64,000 bases of DNA, taken from contig JARFYF010000064.1 in assembly GCA_030265395.1 (NCBI GenBank), forward strand, positions 232,650 through 296,649, given 5' to 3'. The stretch's first letter is position 1, and each line of letters opens with the position of its first letter. The DNA comes from Rhina ancylostomus. Lineage: Eukaryota. Below are positions 24,681-39,099 of the stretch, piece by piece. The position numbers were made by a program, and so were the translations under genes. A model generated the notes under the pieces. That model worked only from the letters and a program-made list of their open reading frames with translations. It did not search any database and was not told where the DNA came from.

Positions 24681-27600
24681 ATTCTCTGTGAAGGCCGATC
24701 ATTTGTTCAGAATATTCCGGTTGCTCAGATGTACTAGTGATTGGTTAAATACACTCTTATACAGGTGATGAAGATTCCACTGAGACCATGAGTATAAGCA
24801 CCTGCTTAGTCACATTAGCCACAGCCACTGAACAAACATTGAACTGTAATCAATTTTTACCCACTATGTCACTGTGCAATGAAATCCGCTCCTCGAGGAA
24901 TATTGTACAGAATTAATATTACTTATTAACCTCTTCAGAAGGGAATGGTGCAAATTCTATTGGTATGATAACGTTCCAGCTGCTTAAGCTCAATTTAACT
25001 TGGGAGCATTATCATTTAAAACATGGGCAATCACATCATATGAGATTAATCATAAAACTAAGAATGGCAGGTGAAATGAAGTAAAAGCCTTCCTGGATGC
25101 AGAGCATTTCTATTGATTTTACGGCGAGAAGCGGTAGTCATATGCCGGCGAGATTTAAGATAATAAATCTTTACTCTATTTACTGATCTCAAAATCCATC
25201 AATAGACTCACACAGTTATTAGAACCTCTCTTGAGGAACACAGAGTGTCTCGTTCACAAAAATTAGCTAGAGTTTGCAGCTAGGCAGGGAAAAACAATTT
25301 TCAGCATAGAAATGGATCTTTCGGAGCGATGTATCCGATGGTCTCCCAAGGAAAGAGCAAATCACCTGATATCGCATACTTCACGTTTGTTGCAGCATCC
25401 TGAATGTTTTCACGTTTACCCATTAACATCCATTACTTCAGCTGAAATTTTGTCAGGCCATTTCTTCTTATCTCGTGACATTTTGCCTCATTTACTTAAG
25501 GTGGTCCACCTTTAGAATATCACCTATTTAATAATTGAATCGTATTGAAATCACCAAAACAGAAGTCCATAAAATGAAGATGTATTGTTCCGGCACTGTT
25601 CTCGTGTCTGAGAAATTCCACTCCCTGATTACCTCAACGTGAATCACGGCCCTGGTGACTACTTTAAACGCCTGTAATTCACTCTGAACAACAATCATAC
25701 CGTTTGAAACTACGCTACCTCATTGTCAAGAGTGAAGTGTGAACTCTTTCGCCCGAATGAACAGCATTCCTTTAATGAAAGGCCACTATGTGTCCGGTCC
25801 AAGTGAATATTCCTCGCAATTTAACTATTGTTGTCGTTCCAGACAATTTGCAGTTAATGCCTTTCATTTTAAATAATTTCTCACTGGAGCCACGCCCTGA
25901 CAAGAATTGAACAGAGGTTTAGGATGGAAACCAAGCAGAAATATATGCGGCACATATTACATGATATTGTGAGATTGCCGTTGTGTGCCTCCATGTGCCT
26001 GAAATTTGAATGGACTGTTTCCTGACAGTATCTTTCAGAGGTTGAACCGGTCTGTCTGCCGCCGTCCATTGTTTGAGAGGAAGCAGGGCTGTCTCTGACT
26101 CAACAAGATAGGACAGAACTATGCAAGAAGGCCGTGCTGAGATTTTGAAGATTTTCGTCCTTCTGGTACAGAGCTGAGTTTGTCATGGTAATTGTTCTTG
26201 TAGTATAATTTGGAGTGTTTTCGCTCGTTAAGAGTGTGCAGAACAGGCAGCTCAATATTCCGGGGTACCGACTATCCTAATGTGGTATAAGACAAAACGA
26301 GAAATGCCATTCTTGATTGGGGGGTAACGTCACTGCAGTACCTCGAAAGAATATCGTGAGGAGAATGTCCAGCCAGGGCACATCGTTAGCATTGGGAATA
26401 GTATAGTCGGCATAGATGCGATGCGCCGATGAGGCTGTTTCTCTCTGACGCTGTAAATCTCGTTGGAGAGACTCATAGAGCGGGACATAACTACCAAATA
26501 AAGGAAAGATTATAAAAAAAAGACAAAGAGAAATTTACTCTCTCAGCGGGTAGTGAATCTCCGACTGCGGTGGACGCCAGAACATTAGATATTTATATAA
26601 AGTGGAGACGTATAAACATTTGAAACATCAAGGAATTGAAGTTTGTGGAACTGGCAAAAGAAGGCGATTTCAAGCCAACACGTCAGCCATGTTGACATTG
26701 AATGATGGGACTGGCTTGAGGGCCCTGGTTGACAAATGTTTCTATCTTTCTGTGTTCTTGTGTTCCTTGTACATTTTCGGTGTGTCAACAGCACTGGGAG
26801 AAGTGGTGACTCTGATGGAGATCAATACCATCTGACGTTTAGTTGGCGAATACTGCACATCTCTGTTTGAACGATGCAGATCTCGTTCTTTTCCATGCCT
26901 GTACTTAAAGTGCTCAGTGTAGGAGCTTCACGGCTCTATGTCCACTGTGTTCTATGTGGTTATTGGTGTTTTGCCAGGCTGTGAGTGAATGCAACAACGC
27001 TGAATGTTGAAACTCAGACGATCTTCCTATCACAAACGTTGAGGGGTGATAGTTACCCGGAACTTTTCTGGACAGTCTCCGGAACGAGTTTTCAAACTAC
27101 TCAACAATGTTTGGCTGCTGTGGAGGGAACACCAGCTGACAGAGTGTTGAGAGATTGCTGCTTATTACGAGAGTTTAAGAAGTGTTCACTACGTTGCTGA
27201 TGCTTAGAAGAGGGGGGCCAGTCCAATAGTTGTTCAGCAAACTTAGTGAACGACAGCTTCCATCGTTGTCCAGGTGTGTATGGTGTGGATGATTTGAGAG
27301 AGCTTCGTGATATTCGCGTTTTGGTCAGACGAATAGGTTAGGATCCACAGTGTTTGCTGTGGCTTTCAGGCACTTGTTTGAAGACAGCGTCAGTCGTTGT
27401 CCAGCTGTGAGTGTTGTGCGTGAACTGGAAGAGTTTGGATGTATTTACGGTTGGGACTGAGTCACAGGCCGGGATCCACAGTGTATTCTATGCTAATGTG
27501 CTCAGCCAGTTCTTATAAGAATATAGATAGTGTTACGTACCAGCAACAACAGAAACGCACGGAGACATGTATGTGTTAAAAACTACTTTATTAATAACTA

Positions 27601-27749
27601 CTTATGATAATAAGTAAAATAAAAGTAAAAATGTTAGAATGTTAGAAGTNNNNNNNNNNNNNNNNNNNNNNNNNNNNNNNNNNNNNNNNNNNNNNNNNNN
27701 NNNNNNNNNNNNNNNNNNNNNNNNNNNNNNNNNNNNNNNNNNNNNNNNN

Positions 27750-28002
27750 AGGAGAAATTTCTGGACAGAGGGTTGTGAATCTGTGGGATTCGTTGCCAAT
27801 GATGGCTGTGGAGGCCAAGTCATTGTACGTCTTTTTTTTTAAAGCCGAGGCTGATAGGTTCTTGATTAGTAAGGATGTCAAAGGTTACGGGAAAAAACAG
27901 GAGAATGGGATTCAGAGGGAAAGTTTAAAAAAAGTCGTGATCGAATGATGTTGCAGACTCGATGTGCTGAATGGTTCAATTTTCCTCCTCGTCTTATGGT
28001 GT
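27750..28002 (+). mobile_element. CR1 3' fragment
   Basis: RRNFWTEG-like start and a degraded CR1 tail (GACTCGATGTGCTGAATGG...TCTTATGGT). Confidence 0.65.
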
Positions 28003-28715
28003 TCAAGTACAGGATTAGATATCTGGGTAATATCACCAAACGTTACTCCATTGACTGCATCAATCTGCCAAAATTCTTCACGGGTCTTTGTCCATCAAGC
28101 CCAGGAAAGGAGACAATGCACTGACAAAATGTGAATTATTAGTTCAGGATTCTGCATAAAGGTTGCAAGGTCCAAAGAACTGCAATAGCCTCATCTTAGA
28201 TTCGAAGAGGGGTGTTGAGTATAATGACATTAACGCCACTGAAACCTCGGTTATAATAATCGCTGATAGCTTGGAGGAGCAGAGCCTTCACAAGTCACAA
28301 AGGAAGTGTTGTTTCCTCAATCCACCAGACGTTAAGATACTGAAACAAAGTCAAAGAGGAAAGTTTTCTCCAGGAATATCCATCATATTTACACTTGATG
28401 AAAATTCATGGACCGCGCAGAAGCATCACGGAATGGTCCCAGCAACGGGGACGTTTCGGGACCCTCAGTTTTTACAACGTGTTGTATCAATTAATGTTGC
28501 TCTTCTGCCTTGCTCTTTCCCTAAGAACTGTTTTTACTTTTATTTTTCTTCTGACGCTTAGGCAGCTCTCATTTTTTGTCCTTCACTCGCGACCTCGTCA
28601 ACGAACTAGGGCACGAATCACAGTTTGTGTGAAAAGACCTTTTCCTCCTCACTTTGCTGTTTCGATACTCCTTCATTGTTTTCTTCCAGTTCTGTCCGCC
28701 CCTCAGCAAAAGCAG

Positions 28716-28768
<53 letters not shown>
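28716..28768. repeat. (CT)n microsatellite
   Basis: Directly visible. Confidence 0.95.
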
Positions 28769-28770
<2 letters not shown>

Positions 28771-29714
28771 CCTGACTCTGACTTCTGATCCGCTCTAAAC
28801 TTTCAAACTTCCAAGGAGATTGAATCCCATCTCCAATTGTTTCCCAAAAAACAACCAAAGACTCTTGGAATTGATTTTGAAAATATCTTGTTTAATTGGT
28901 AAAGAGCGAAGATAAAATAGAAACAGTAAAAATTAATAGAGATTAAACCCACTTTGTGGATCTGTTGATCTATGGAGTACGGTATTTCGCTCCCATGCAT
29001 GCTGTAAGTATATATGGGAGTGACAACAAAATTGGTTCTGATTCTAATTATGATTCTGACTTGAAACAAATTTCCCAGGAGTACATTAATTTTACTGAAA
29101 ATACCGTGAAATCAGACGCCAGTCATCGTCACCGATCAATGTCGATCGGCTCACCCCTTCAGAAATGGTTACGTTAATGCCTGCTCTGTTTTTCAATAAG
29201 ATCATGGGGGACTGACAAGTTTTCTCTCATTCTTTTAGTTTCATAACCCTTCAGCATGGAAATACTCAGCAGTTCTGGTAATACCTGCCGTGAGACAAAC
29301 AGAGGATCAACTGCACCGACTGACTTTTCAATGCTTCATGTGGTGGAGGAGAAAATCAATAGATCCACGTTGACCAAACCATTAACGAAATACGGTGGAA
29401 CTGCTTTTTTCACATTCAATTTACATCCGCTCGTGAGGAAAGTCTGTTGACAACCCAACAACACCGCTGTAACTGAGATGTAATTCAATAAATCAGACAA
29501 ATTTCCACAAGTCAGTTGCGCATTCCGTTTGGTTCGCTTGGGCTGTTCATATACGTAAACATGCCGTCTCTACTGATCCGAGACCAACAACATGGTAATT
29601 TTCAACTGTCTTCTGAAATGAAGAATCAATTTAGTCAATTTAGTGGCAATTAGGATGTGTGATCACTGCCGACGCGATCTCACACCAGGTGATGGATGAC
29701 ATAAATTATAATAA

Positions 29715-30052
29715 TGTCACAAAGTTGAGCAAGGAGCAAGGTCACAGAGAACCCAAATGCGGCACACCGATACAAGACTAGAGTCAGGATAAAACACTTG
29801 CAGCAACTGGAAGGAATCTTGCCTCGGAGATCTGAAGAGGAATCCCAACATGAACTGGATCTTCAGAAAGGAATAGNNNNNNNNNNNNNNNNNNNNNNNN
29901 NNNNNNNNNNNNNNNNNNNNNNNNNNNNNNNNNNNNNNNNNNNNNNNNNNNNNNNNNNNNNNNNNNNNNNNNNNNNCCAGCATGGAATCCATGTGCTGGA
30001 CAACAAGGCATTAAAGGAGCCAAATTGAGGGCCAGAACTCAGAACTATGACA
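29715..30052. mobile_element. LTR element (solo LTR or collapsed element) with a 5-bp TSD
   Basis: TGTCA (29715) ... TGACA (30052), flanked on both sides by AATAA (29710-29714 and 30053-30057); internal 100-N gap. Confidence 0.8.
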
Positions 30053-33000
30053 AATAATGACAAATGGGGAACAAGGAACCGGGAATGTCTGTTCAAGAGA
30101 CAGAAATATTCCGGTCATTCTGGATTTAATTTGTTCCATCCGTCCTCAGTGCCAGATGAGATGTCGGGAATAATAATTATTTTTATTCAACCTTTGTCAG
30201 TGTAATTTCGAAACACAGTCCCAAGGAATGGATTTATATTTATTTTCATCACAGTTGCACTCCGAGAAGAGATAACTCCGTGAAGAGGCTCAGCACTTCT
30301 TCCGACAGAGTGTTTGTTCAAGTTTTTTGTTTGTTATTGAACATACTGACAAATAAACCCTTGAACCATTGTGGAACGCCCCAGCAATTGGGAAGTTTAC
30401 TCATTTTACGAGCGATTGAGGATTTATAAGTGTAAGAGGCGCAACGATACGAAAAGTGAGACATGACTTTGTCCGTCAGAGTCTTGGACTTCACAGATTA
30501 GGAATTGAATATATCGAGTGTAACGTGTCGGAATTTAAAGGCAATAATCCTGAAAGGAGAAATGGATTCCGGGGTGTCCTGAACATCAAGGTAGTGATAT
30601 ATTAATGGGTAAAATAAACGGGACTGAACAAACCTTTCGTTCTGCAACCATTTATTTTTGAAAATGGTAAACCGAAACAAAATGACACAACGTGATGAGG
30701 TATTTCGAGAAGTTTATGACATTTAGGTAAACAAAAACGACGTGTTAAGAATTTAATGTGTTAAAAGAGAGATTTTAAGACAGATTTTGTATTACACAGT
30801 GTCATTTTCAATGCTATATATATTTGGTCACACAGGGAAATTGTTCCTCTGATTCAGAAGGTTGGAAGAAGAGTTTTCAGAATGTGATTAAATTACATAT
30901 ATACCCGGCATAGTTCAATAACGAAACTCAAGTTTGGTTTTCAAGTTAGTCTGGACAGGTATAGTTATATATAGTTAATTAAGCATTCTTTCTTCGAGTA
31001 TCTCGAACTGTACATGCTGAATGTGGTACAACCGCAGTCAATATCCTGACTGCGACATGAACAGGTGACTGGATGTCTTCATTTTTCGTGCTCTTTTGAC
31101 GATCGTCTGAGAGCCAAATTGGATGATACATGCAGCAGGACAGAGCCACCCGAGTGAAATTGATTGCTTTCGAGGGAGGCAACATAATGTGGGAAATGCA
31201 TGGTGTGGTTCGGGTGTCAGATATGCGCAGTTACTTTTTAAACCATGTTGCTGGTTTTGCTCAGAAGAGAAAAGAAACTGCAAAGGCACTGTAAAGAAAC
31301 AAGTCACCCACACAAAGACTATGGGAAATTATTTTGAAACAATTAAGACTACATTGAAAAAAACTCATGGAACGTTGACTGGGAAGCTACGAAGGGTAGC
31401 CTGAACATAACCAAAATTGGGAGTGAAAAGGGGATAGAGATGTGAATTGTGATAGCTGAAGGCAAAGGACAGCTTATATTGCGTTGCAGTGCAATACATT
31501 CACAATATATTCCAACACAGCACTGCGATGTCGTTTATTTTCCCCCACAAAGAAACTAATCATGATTTACTGCATTTGAATGTTATTTTAGCATTTCATT
31601 GAAAATTCTACAGTATGAAGAGGTGCAATGGTAAACTCCTTCAGAACAATTATGTTTAATTATCGACGATACAAAACGATGCAAAATCTGTGATGAAATT
31701 GAATGTTCTTTCATTCAAGGACGAATGTCACAGGGAAGGCAAACAGAGTTTACGGGATTAATAATACAAACATGAATGCAGATCAGAAAGAAACTGAGAA
31801 AATGGTTGGGAATGCAGCAGAGTTGGTATAATTTCCCATTTATGGATTCTTATCCAGTCCGTTGTGACAAAGAATGTGGCACGTCAGATCACAGTTCAAT
31901 ACGGTTTCAGCACAAAAATCCAAAAAAAAATCAGCATTTGATCTGGAGAATACACCAACATAATTTGGGTGATCGGCATAAAAATTGCTCGCTCTTAAAT
32001 GGAGACTTGGGAAGAAATATTTCAAATCAAATAGTGGAATATTAAAAATGTAAAAGTCAATCGAACATTCCTCATCTGTCTGGTGTTTTAACGTCGCTGT
32101 TGAAATGAGGCAGGGCTGCTCAGATGTCAAAATAAATCTAGTTGTATTCACCCTGTATAAAAACTGGCCTGTTGCCAAAATAGCGTTCCCTGTGAAGAAT
32201 GTGATGAAAAATAATTATATTTCAATCTTTCACACTGCGGTCTGTTTTCTTTCGTTCTGCTGAAAGCAGAAATTGTGCACCGGATGAAATTAGGGCATTC
32301 AATCTCACAGAAATATGTTGGAGAAGTTGGGAACTAAGAAACAGTAAATTAGGGGCAACGTAGAGCAAGAGGCATCGAGTTAACCAACGGAGAGAAACGC
32401 TCAAAGGGGCATGGCTCTGAATGTTGGGAAAGGCTACTACGAAAACGCAAGCGAAATGTATGGCATAATTCAAGGAATAAGAGTGGGACTACTATTTAAC
32501 TAATAGCACAGTCTGTGTGAGGGTGAAGAAGGGTGGGAAGGAACAGATCAACCTGAAAAATCCGAAAAAGGCGATAACTACATAGGTTAAACACCACTGC
32601 TAATAGAGTATAATGTCACATACCTGTGTTGTTGCTGCAAATAAGTGTTTTCATTACACTTGTGCACACATGCCCTTGTGCACTTGAGAATAAACTCGAC
32701 TGTGAATTTAACTTTCTTTCCAAGGTCCAGCCTTAAGATACGTCAGGAAATTGACATGTAAAAACAAACAATGGTGTTCAACAATAACACGGGAGAGAGT
32801 TATTTATTAATTACTGGTACTTATTTGTTGCACGGAATAGGTTTTGAGCACCACTTCACAAAACCATGACATGAATTAATGAACAGACACTGAATAGAGT
32901 TCAAGGTTTCAAAGGTATCGAACAGTTTTGGTTAAATAGTTATCTTTTACATCTTTGCGGAAGGCTAAATATATCAGATAACAATCTGTCTTTCGTTTGC

Positions 33001-33181
33001 ATAGCTTTCAATTGACAAATATTCATTTTTCATTTTGCCGCAGACAATCAATGAACGTGGGTTGTGATCTCGAATGGGATCAATCTCAGCGAGTTGCTGT
33101 GAAGATGTGGGGATGCAGTTGTGTTGATTGAAGTACAGAACCTTTTGGCTCTCTTCAAATGTAGGGAATTGTTGGAAACGT

Positions 33182-34088
33182 TTACTTGCGCGATATACAC
33201 TGCCTAGGCATCTTGAAAAGCAGATTGACGGGGGAGAGCACCGCAATCTTCAGCTGCTCTCTGAACTTTGTCTTGGTCACTCCGCAAATAAAGGTGTTTG
33301 TGTAGCAGCTAAAAAGCTGAGTCACAGAACCAACAAACTGAGCTTGAAAAAGCCTATAGACGTTTCCAGGTTTGTGTAGAGACATCGCATGAGAATGAAG
33401 ACCACAGTGGTTGTGGCCCAGCAGAGAAGGAAACTCGCCGACAGGGTGAACAGCAGAATGATGGATTGTCTCCGGCTTTCCATCTCCGCATCTCGCTGTT
33501 TCCCTAAATTCCCCCTCAGCCCCCTGCGTACTCTGCTCGCAGCCAGAATCTTTCTGACGGTCAGAGCATTGAAGTTCAAAATAAGGAAGAAAGGAATCAA
33601 CGGGTTTAACAGACGGTCCACCCAGTAAAACCCCTCAAAATACCGACATAGCAAGAGCGGGTCGACCAAAACACACCCCATCACCCTCACCAGTAATGTT
33701 GCGGTTTCCATATACAGGAAATAGAAATGGATATCCTTAAAACAGAACCCGATACATATTGCTCCAATAACCAATGCCGCAATTTGGGGGTGCNNNNNNN
33801 NNNNNNNNNNNNNNNNNNNNNNNNNNNNNNNNNNNNNNNNNNNNNNNNNNNNNNNNNNNNNNNNNNNNNNNNNNNNNNNNNNNNNNNNNNNNNNNNNNNN
33901 NNNNNNNNNNNNNNNNNNNNNNNNNNNNNNNNNNNNNNNNNNNNNNNNNNNNNNNNNNNNNNNNNNNNNNNNNNNNNNNNNNNNNNNNNNNNNNNNNNNN
34001 NNNNNNNCCATTGCCACCAGATAGCGAGTGATACATTTGGAGAGACCGCAGTTTCCTCGACAGAGAATGACGAGCTCAATAAGGTTAA
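33182..34088 (-). pseudogene. GPR139-like GPCR exon 2, probable pseudogene (214-N gap, apparent 1-nt deletions near 33783 and 33355)
   Basis: Acceptor at 34089-34090, then VNLIELVILCRGNCGLSKCITRYLVAM...NALTVRKILAASRVRRGLRG...EMESRRQSIILLFTLSASFLLCW. TM7 and helix 8 (SCYTNTFICGVTKTKFREQLK) lie in another frame. Confidence 0.85.
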
Positions 34089-34314
34089 CTGAATCGAAAT
34101 GAAAAAAATGAAACATAAGAATTAAACAAATCGAACCTCAGTTTGTATATTTCGCTTGAAATAAAATTCATCGTTAATCACCAGTTGATTTACGATTGGA
34201 TGTAGTTGTGTTTGCACGGCTTATCTGAACACTTCACGGCAGCCCAAAGCAAAATACAGCGACAAATTTCCACTTAATATCTGACGTGCAAGAACCGCAG
34301 CAGCTGTGCGTCAG

Positions 34315-34690
34315 AGAGTCACAGAGTGCGGCAACAGGCCCTTCGGTCCATGACGATCCAGATGCCTTTCTAAGCGAGTTCTACTTTTCCGCCTTTGGCG
34401 CATGACCATCTGAATCTCTTCTCTCCATGTACTTACCCATCTAAATGTTGTTAGTGAACCTTCCTCAAACACTTCCTCCGGCAGTTCATTCCACATATGG
34501 GTCATCCACTGGGTGAAATTTTTGCCCCGTAGGTTTATGTTAAATTTGTCCCTTTTCTACTTAAACTTGTGGCCTCTCGTTCTTGATTCCCCACCTAGGT
34601 AAAACACCGTGTGCATTCACATTATCTTTGTCCCTCATGATTTTATACGCCTCTACAAAGTAATCAATCAATCTCCTACTTTCCAATGAT
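34315..34690 (-). mobile_element. CR1 3' fragment
   Basis: Reversed tail CAACAGGCCCTTCGGTCC; translation HMWNELPEEVFEEGSLTTF. Confidence 0.75.
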
Positions 34691-35544
34691 TCTGTTGAAG
34701 GCGACGCGCATGTGAGGACCTGGATTGACCACAGTCACTGGGCCACAGCTGGAGCGGAGGATCATTTATCTCTGGATGTGACGGGAATTTTACCGTGCAG
34801 CTGCACCATTTGATTTCCTGTCATTAAATATATTCCTTCCACCCCCCACACAAAAGCCGCCCTCATTGCCGATGCACATGAAACAACCTGGTTATTGTAA
34901 AGCCCTATCTGTTTGACCGATGTCCATCATGGGTGGAGATTAACCATCTTTACCTCGTCTGGATTGTATGTGAAGGTATACACACCGATCTGGTGGATTG
35001 TTACCTTCATCTCCTGATCACAGGCAATTGGATGAAGCTAATCAATTCAGAATTGGCAACGATGCCAACATTCAGTGAACAGGCTAAATACAAACAGGAA
35101 AAATCTATACATATTCACAAGTTGAAGTCGAAGTTAGTTACTATGAATTAAAAGCTTAATCGTTTTCCCAGGGGAAGGAATTTGAGGGAGTGAGCTCCAA
35201 TAATGACAAGCAGTTTTGAGACGCACGGATTTATCTATGTTGCTTCGGTACAGTTAGAAGCCTTACTTCACAAATGAGAAGTCCACAAGTAGTTGGAGTG
35301 ACTGGTCTGCATAACCAGGTGTAAATAGGAACTGGTACCAATATTTCATAGGAGACTGAGAGGAATGAGTCAGCATTTTAAGGGCATCCAAGAACAGCGA
35401 ATGAAGATATGCAACAAAGTGCTTATCGATCAGGGTATCAGTGAGCAGCTCTGGCTCTGCTGATTGTTTGAAGATATCAGAAGATGGCAGAGCAAAGATA
35501 GACATAATAGATTCTTTAAACGCTGGAATCTGTAATTCCATCAT

Positions 35545-35645
35545 AAAACATGTTGGCAGAATTCAGCAGGTCAAGCAGAATTTCCTGTTTATTTCACTCC
35601 ATCGATGCTGCCTGACCTGCTTAGTTCCTTCAGCATTTTGTGTGT
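35545..35645. repeat. Short inverted-repeat interspersed element (possibly Penelope-derived)
   Basis: ATGTTGGCAGAATTCAGCAGGTCAAGCAG pairs with CTGCCTGACCTGCTTAGTTCCTTCAGCAT. Related half-copies lie near 2605-2640, 29255-29285 and 55365-55400. The family assignment is tentative. Confidence 0.5.
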
Positions 35646-38600
35646 GTTTATTGAAGAACAAATCCGTTTGAAAGAGTCTATCAGTCAAAGATATTCAAAC
35701 AAGGAATGTGAATGAGAACAAAAATGTCATCACGTAAACAAAACTGAGGTGTGAATTATGTAACAAAGAGAAATTAAAATCGTATCAGCCATCTTTCATA
35801 GCCGCCTGATATCGCTGCCTCCGAACAAGTCACCGAAAGTAAGCCGGTATGCCAAGAATGACAATTACCGTGTAACAAATGGTCCTCTCTTGTAGCATTA
35901 TTGATCCTAGGCTGTTAAAATTTAAAAGTCTNNNNNNNNNNTCCTATGTTTCATGGAAGACGGCTCCGGCCATTAAATTCAAACCAACATTACAAAGTCG
36001 ATTTAGAAAATTTCAGCTGCGTAAAACGGGTAAGCTACAGCACGGATTGTTGAGTGTACGCTGCGCTTGAATGTTTCTGTCTGAAGTGTAGCTGGGGCCC
36101 AGAATGATCATCCTTTGTAGAACAAATCCGTTCCCCGATAATGACAACAACTCATACAGCGACTGCTGTTAATTACTCTTTGGTGTCCCATGTCACCCAT
36201 GTGGGAATTACACGATTTATACAGTGGAACCGGCTGGAACACGAAACATGGAGACACAAGAGACGACAGATGCTGGGACGGCAACACCAATCGTGCTGTT
36301 GTCATGCTAATCCTTGTAATAATAAGACATAATTTGAGCACCACTGGTGGCGGTAGTAGGCTGTTTTCATGTCAAAGCACCACATGACCAGTGTTGATTT
36401 CTCTTCAAGGTTGCGGGTGGAGTCTCCACTCCTGCACAAATTATGGCAAAGTTAACCGAACAATGGAATTCACACTGCCTAGTTTTATTTTGTGGTAACT
36501 CATTTTAATACGATTCGCCTTTACTTTGTTCAGGTGGTCTTGCTGCACATGATATATTAACGTTAATAGCGCCAACCTTTAAAGTTTGCACTGTTACCAA
36601 AGTGAGTCGTAAACAACGCCGTTGCTAATTATGCAGTTTGAGTTGCAATAATACAGTGATCGTGGATTATAGACCTGATTCTGCACCACTTTTGTCACAT
36701 GCAGTTCCAGAGAAACAATGAAATATAATATCAACGTTACGTTTACATGGACACTGTCCAGGTTCCGAGAGCTCAAAACTGTTTAGAGGCACCAGATGAT
36801 GCTCCAAAAGTTATAAGCTCCTAAACAGGGGAGTTCCGTGCTCAGAACGTCGAAAAAGCATCAGGGCATGTTCAGCCATCCATTACTGAAGTATATGGTT
36901 TACTTTACTAAAATTTATGAACAACACGCTGTTCATCTTCAGACAGAGAAGTATGCAGTCATAGGATTGTCTCTTTGAAAACTCAGGAAAATTAGACTAC
37001 AGCATGAATAGTGCGCGGAATTCGGCCACCATACTTTCGGAACAATGTGAAGGTCCAAGGGAACACGTGGATGAGAGCACCGGAATACTTCCACGGCATT
37101 TGATCTCAAAAGCAAGTCTCAATTGCAGAAGCCAGGGTTATTCTACTGAAGCAAAGAAAGCTGCGGAGATATCAGAAACAGGTGGACAGGATAATGACGG
37201 TTTTAAGGTTAACGGTAAGAATGGGTTCCCATCTGTTTATGGGTCGAAGACCAGACACACAGATTGAAAGTGATGGAAAAATTATCGAGGGGGGTGTGAG
37301 AGGAAATCAGCATCATACCCAGAGAGTGATTGTTGTCGGGAACTCACGATCTCTGAGGATGGTGGAAAAGGAGGCAATCTGAACAGACAGTCAATTCCAC
37401 TGTCCCGTGCGAAGAAGTTGCAGGGCTGCAGTAACAGAGTAACGAAAGAAGGGGAATAGTTTTTTTTCAGAAAATCGACGTGGACTCAGAAAACTTTAAC
37501 GGTCATTCCTCAGCTGGTACGATTTCACTGCTGTAAAAGAAGAGGCGAAACAACGCTGTCCAAGCTGGGAAATGTTTAAAGCTGTGAACTGAGACAAGAT
37601 GCATAAACATGTGGAAATGAACCAATCGGTTGTCAGGCAATAAAATGTCTTGGCCATCGAGTGTTTGTCCACGGTGCAAGAGGTTGTTCAGGGTTGTTCG
37701 CTTATGTTCAGGTTACTGTACAGGAATCGTTCTTCAGCCGCAGGTGTGATAATTGCCATAATAATAATAAGTGAGGTTTCTGAATATGATAATCATGGTG
37801 TGGGGCTGGGGATCCAGGTCCCTGAGTGCCAGTGTCGAGCTGTCGGGGCTATTAGCCAATAAGCATCTTTCTGAAGGTCGTAATTCAATAGTTCTGCTTT
37901 TGGCAGCGCAGTTGCGCCGTCACTGAGTTTGAAATGCAAACACCCCCGATGACGTGCCAGGTTTTCAAGACGTGCTTAAATCAATGGAGCAGCAGTAGTC
38001 GAACCTCGTACAGTCATCAGCCAATTTGCCTCATGTCTCACTGCAGCGAATATCTGAACCAGTCTTTTGAAGGAACATTAATTTAGGCTGAAAGATTACG
38101 ATATTGTTGCCATTACAGAGACCTGGTTGCGTGAGGGAAAGGACTGGCAGACCAAGGTTCCTGAGTTTCTTTGCTTCACACGTGATTAGGAGGGAAACAA
38201 AAAACGTGAATGGGTTGCACTACTGATGAAGGAAAATATCACAGCAGTAATCAGAGAGGAGATATTAGGAGGTTCATCCACAGAGACCATTTGGATGGAG
38301 CTCTGAAAGAAGAAACGTGCAATTGTGCTGAATGGATTATTTATATTGGTCCACCAATAGCCACCGAGAGGTGGAGGAACAGAAATGGAAACAGGTATTG
38401 GAAAAGCCCAGAAATAAAGGGGTTGTCACAGAGAGAGACTTTAAGTTCCGCAGTATTGATTGGAACTTCCTCAGTACAATAAGATGAGATGGGACAGGAT
38501 TTCTTCAGTCCATCTGAGAGGGGTTCTTAAGAAGCACGATTTTTTTATTATTACGACCACAGCTGCTAAATCAGTTCCGAACTTGACGATATCGTAAAAT

Positions 38601-39099
38601 AGTACAAATGACTGGGAGTTAACCTGCTATTGCTCAGCTGGTCAAGCTACATTTGAAATCTCATGGGGAGAATGTGAAGGGTGGTCATATTGTAATCATT
38701 GGTATATACATGTAATATACAGTGGATTGCAAGCACTGCTATACGATAATCACGAAACGAGTCATGGAATAGGGCAAAAATAAATCTGCAGTGTTTTATG
38801 GGCATAGAGCTTATTAGCTTATTAGAGGGTGTGTATCGATATTGATAACTATGCACTAGACCCATGATATTGCTTGGCAGTGTGTAATTCGTGATAATAG
38901 GCGTTTACTTGAAAACAACCCCCAACCTGAGATTCATCCTTGCATTTAGATGTAGACAATGAAGAAACAGGGAGGTTGAGGATTGTTATTCCAATGGGTT
39001 TAATATCAGTTAAGAGTGAAACAGCTGCATCAGTAAATATGAATATTTTCCTTCTCTCTTCAAAATTCGCAAAATTATTGGACATTTTGATCCGTGCAG

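Noticed and set aside
27531-27649. Possible LTR start (TGTTACG...)
   Set aside because: It runs into a gap; no second terminus or TSD can be checked.
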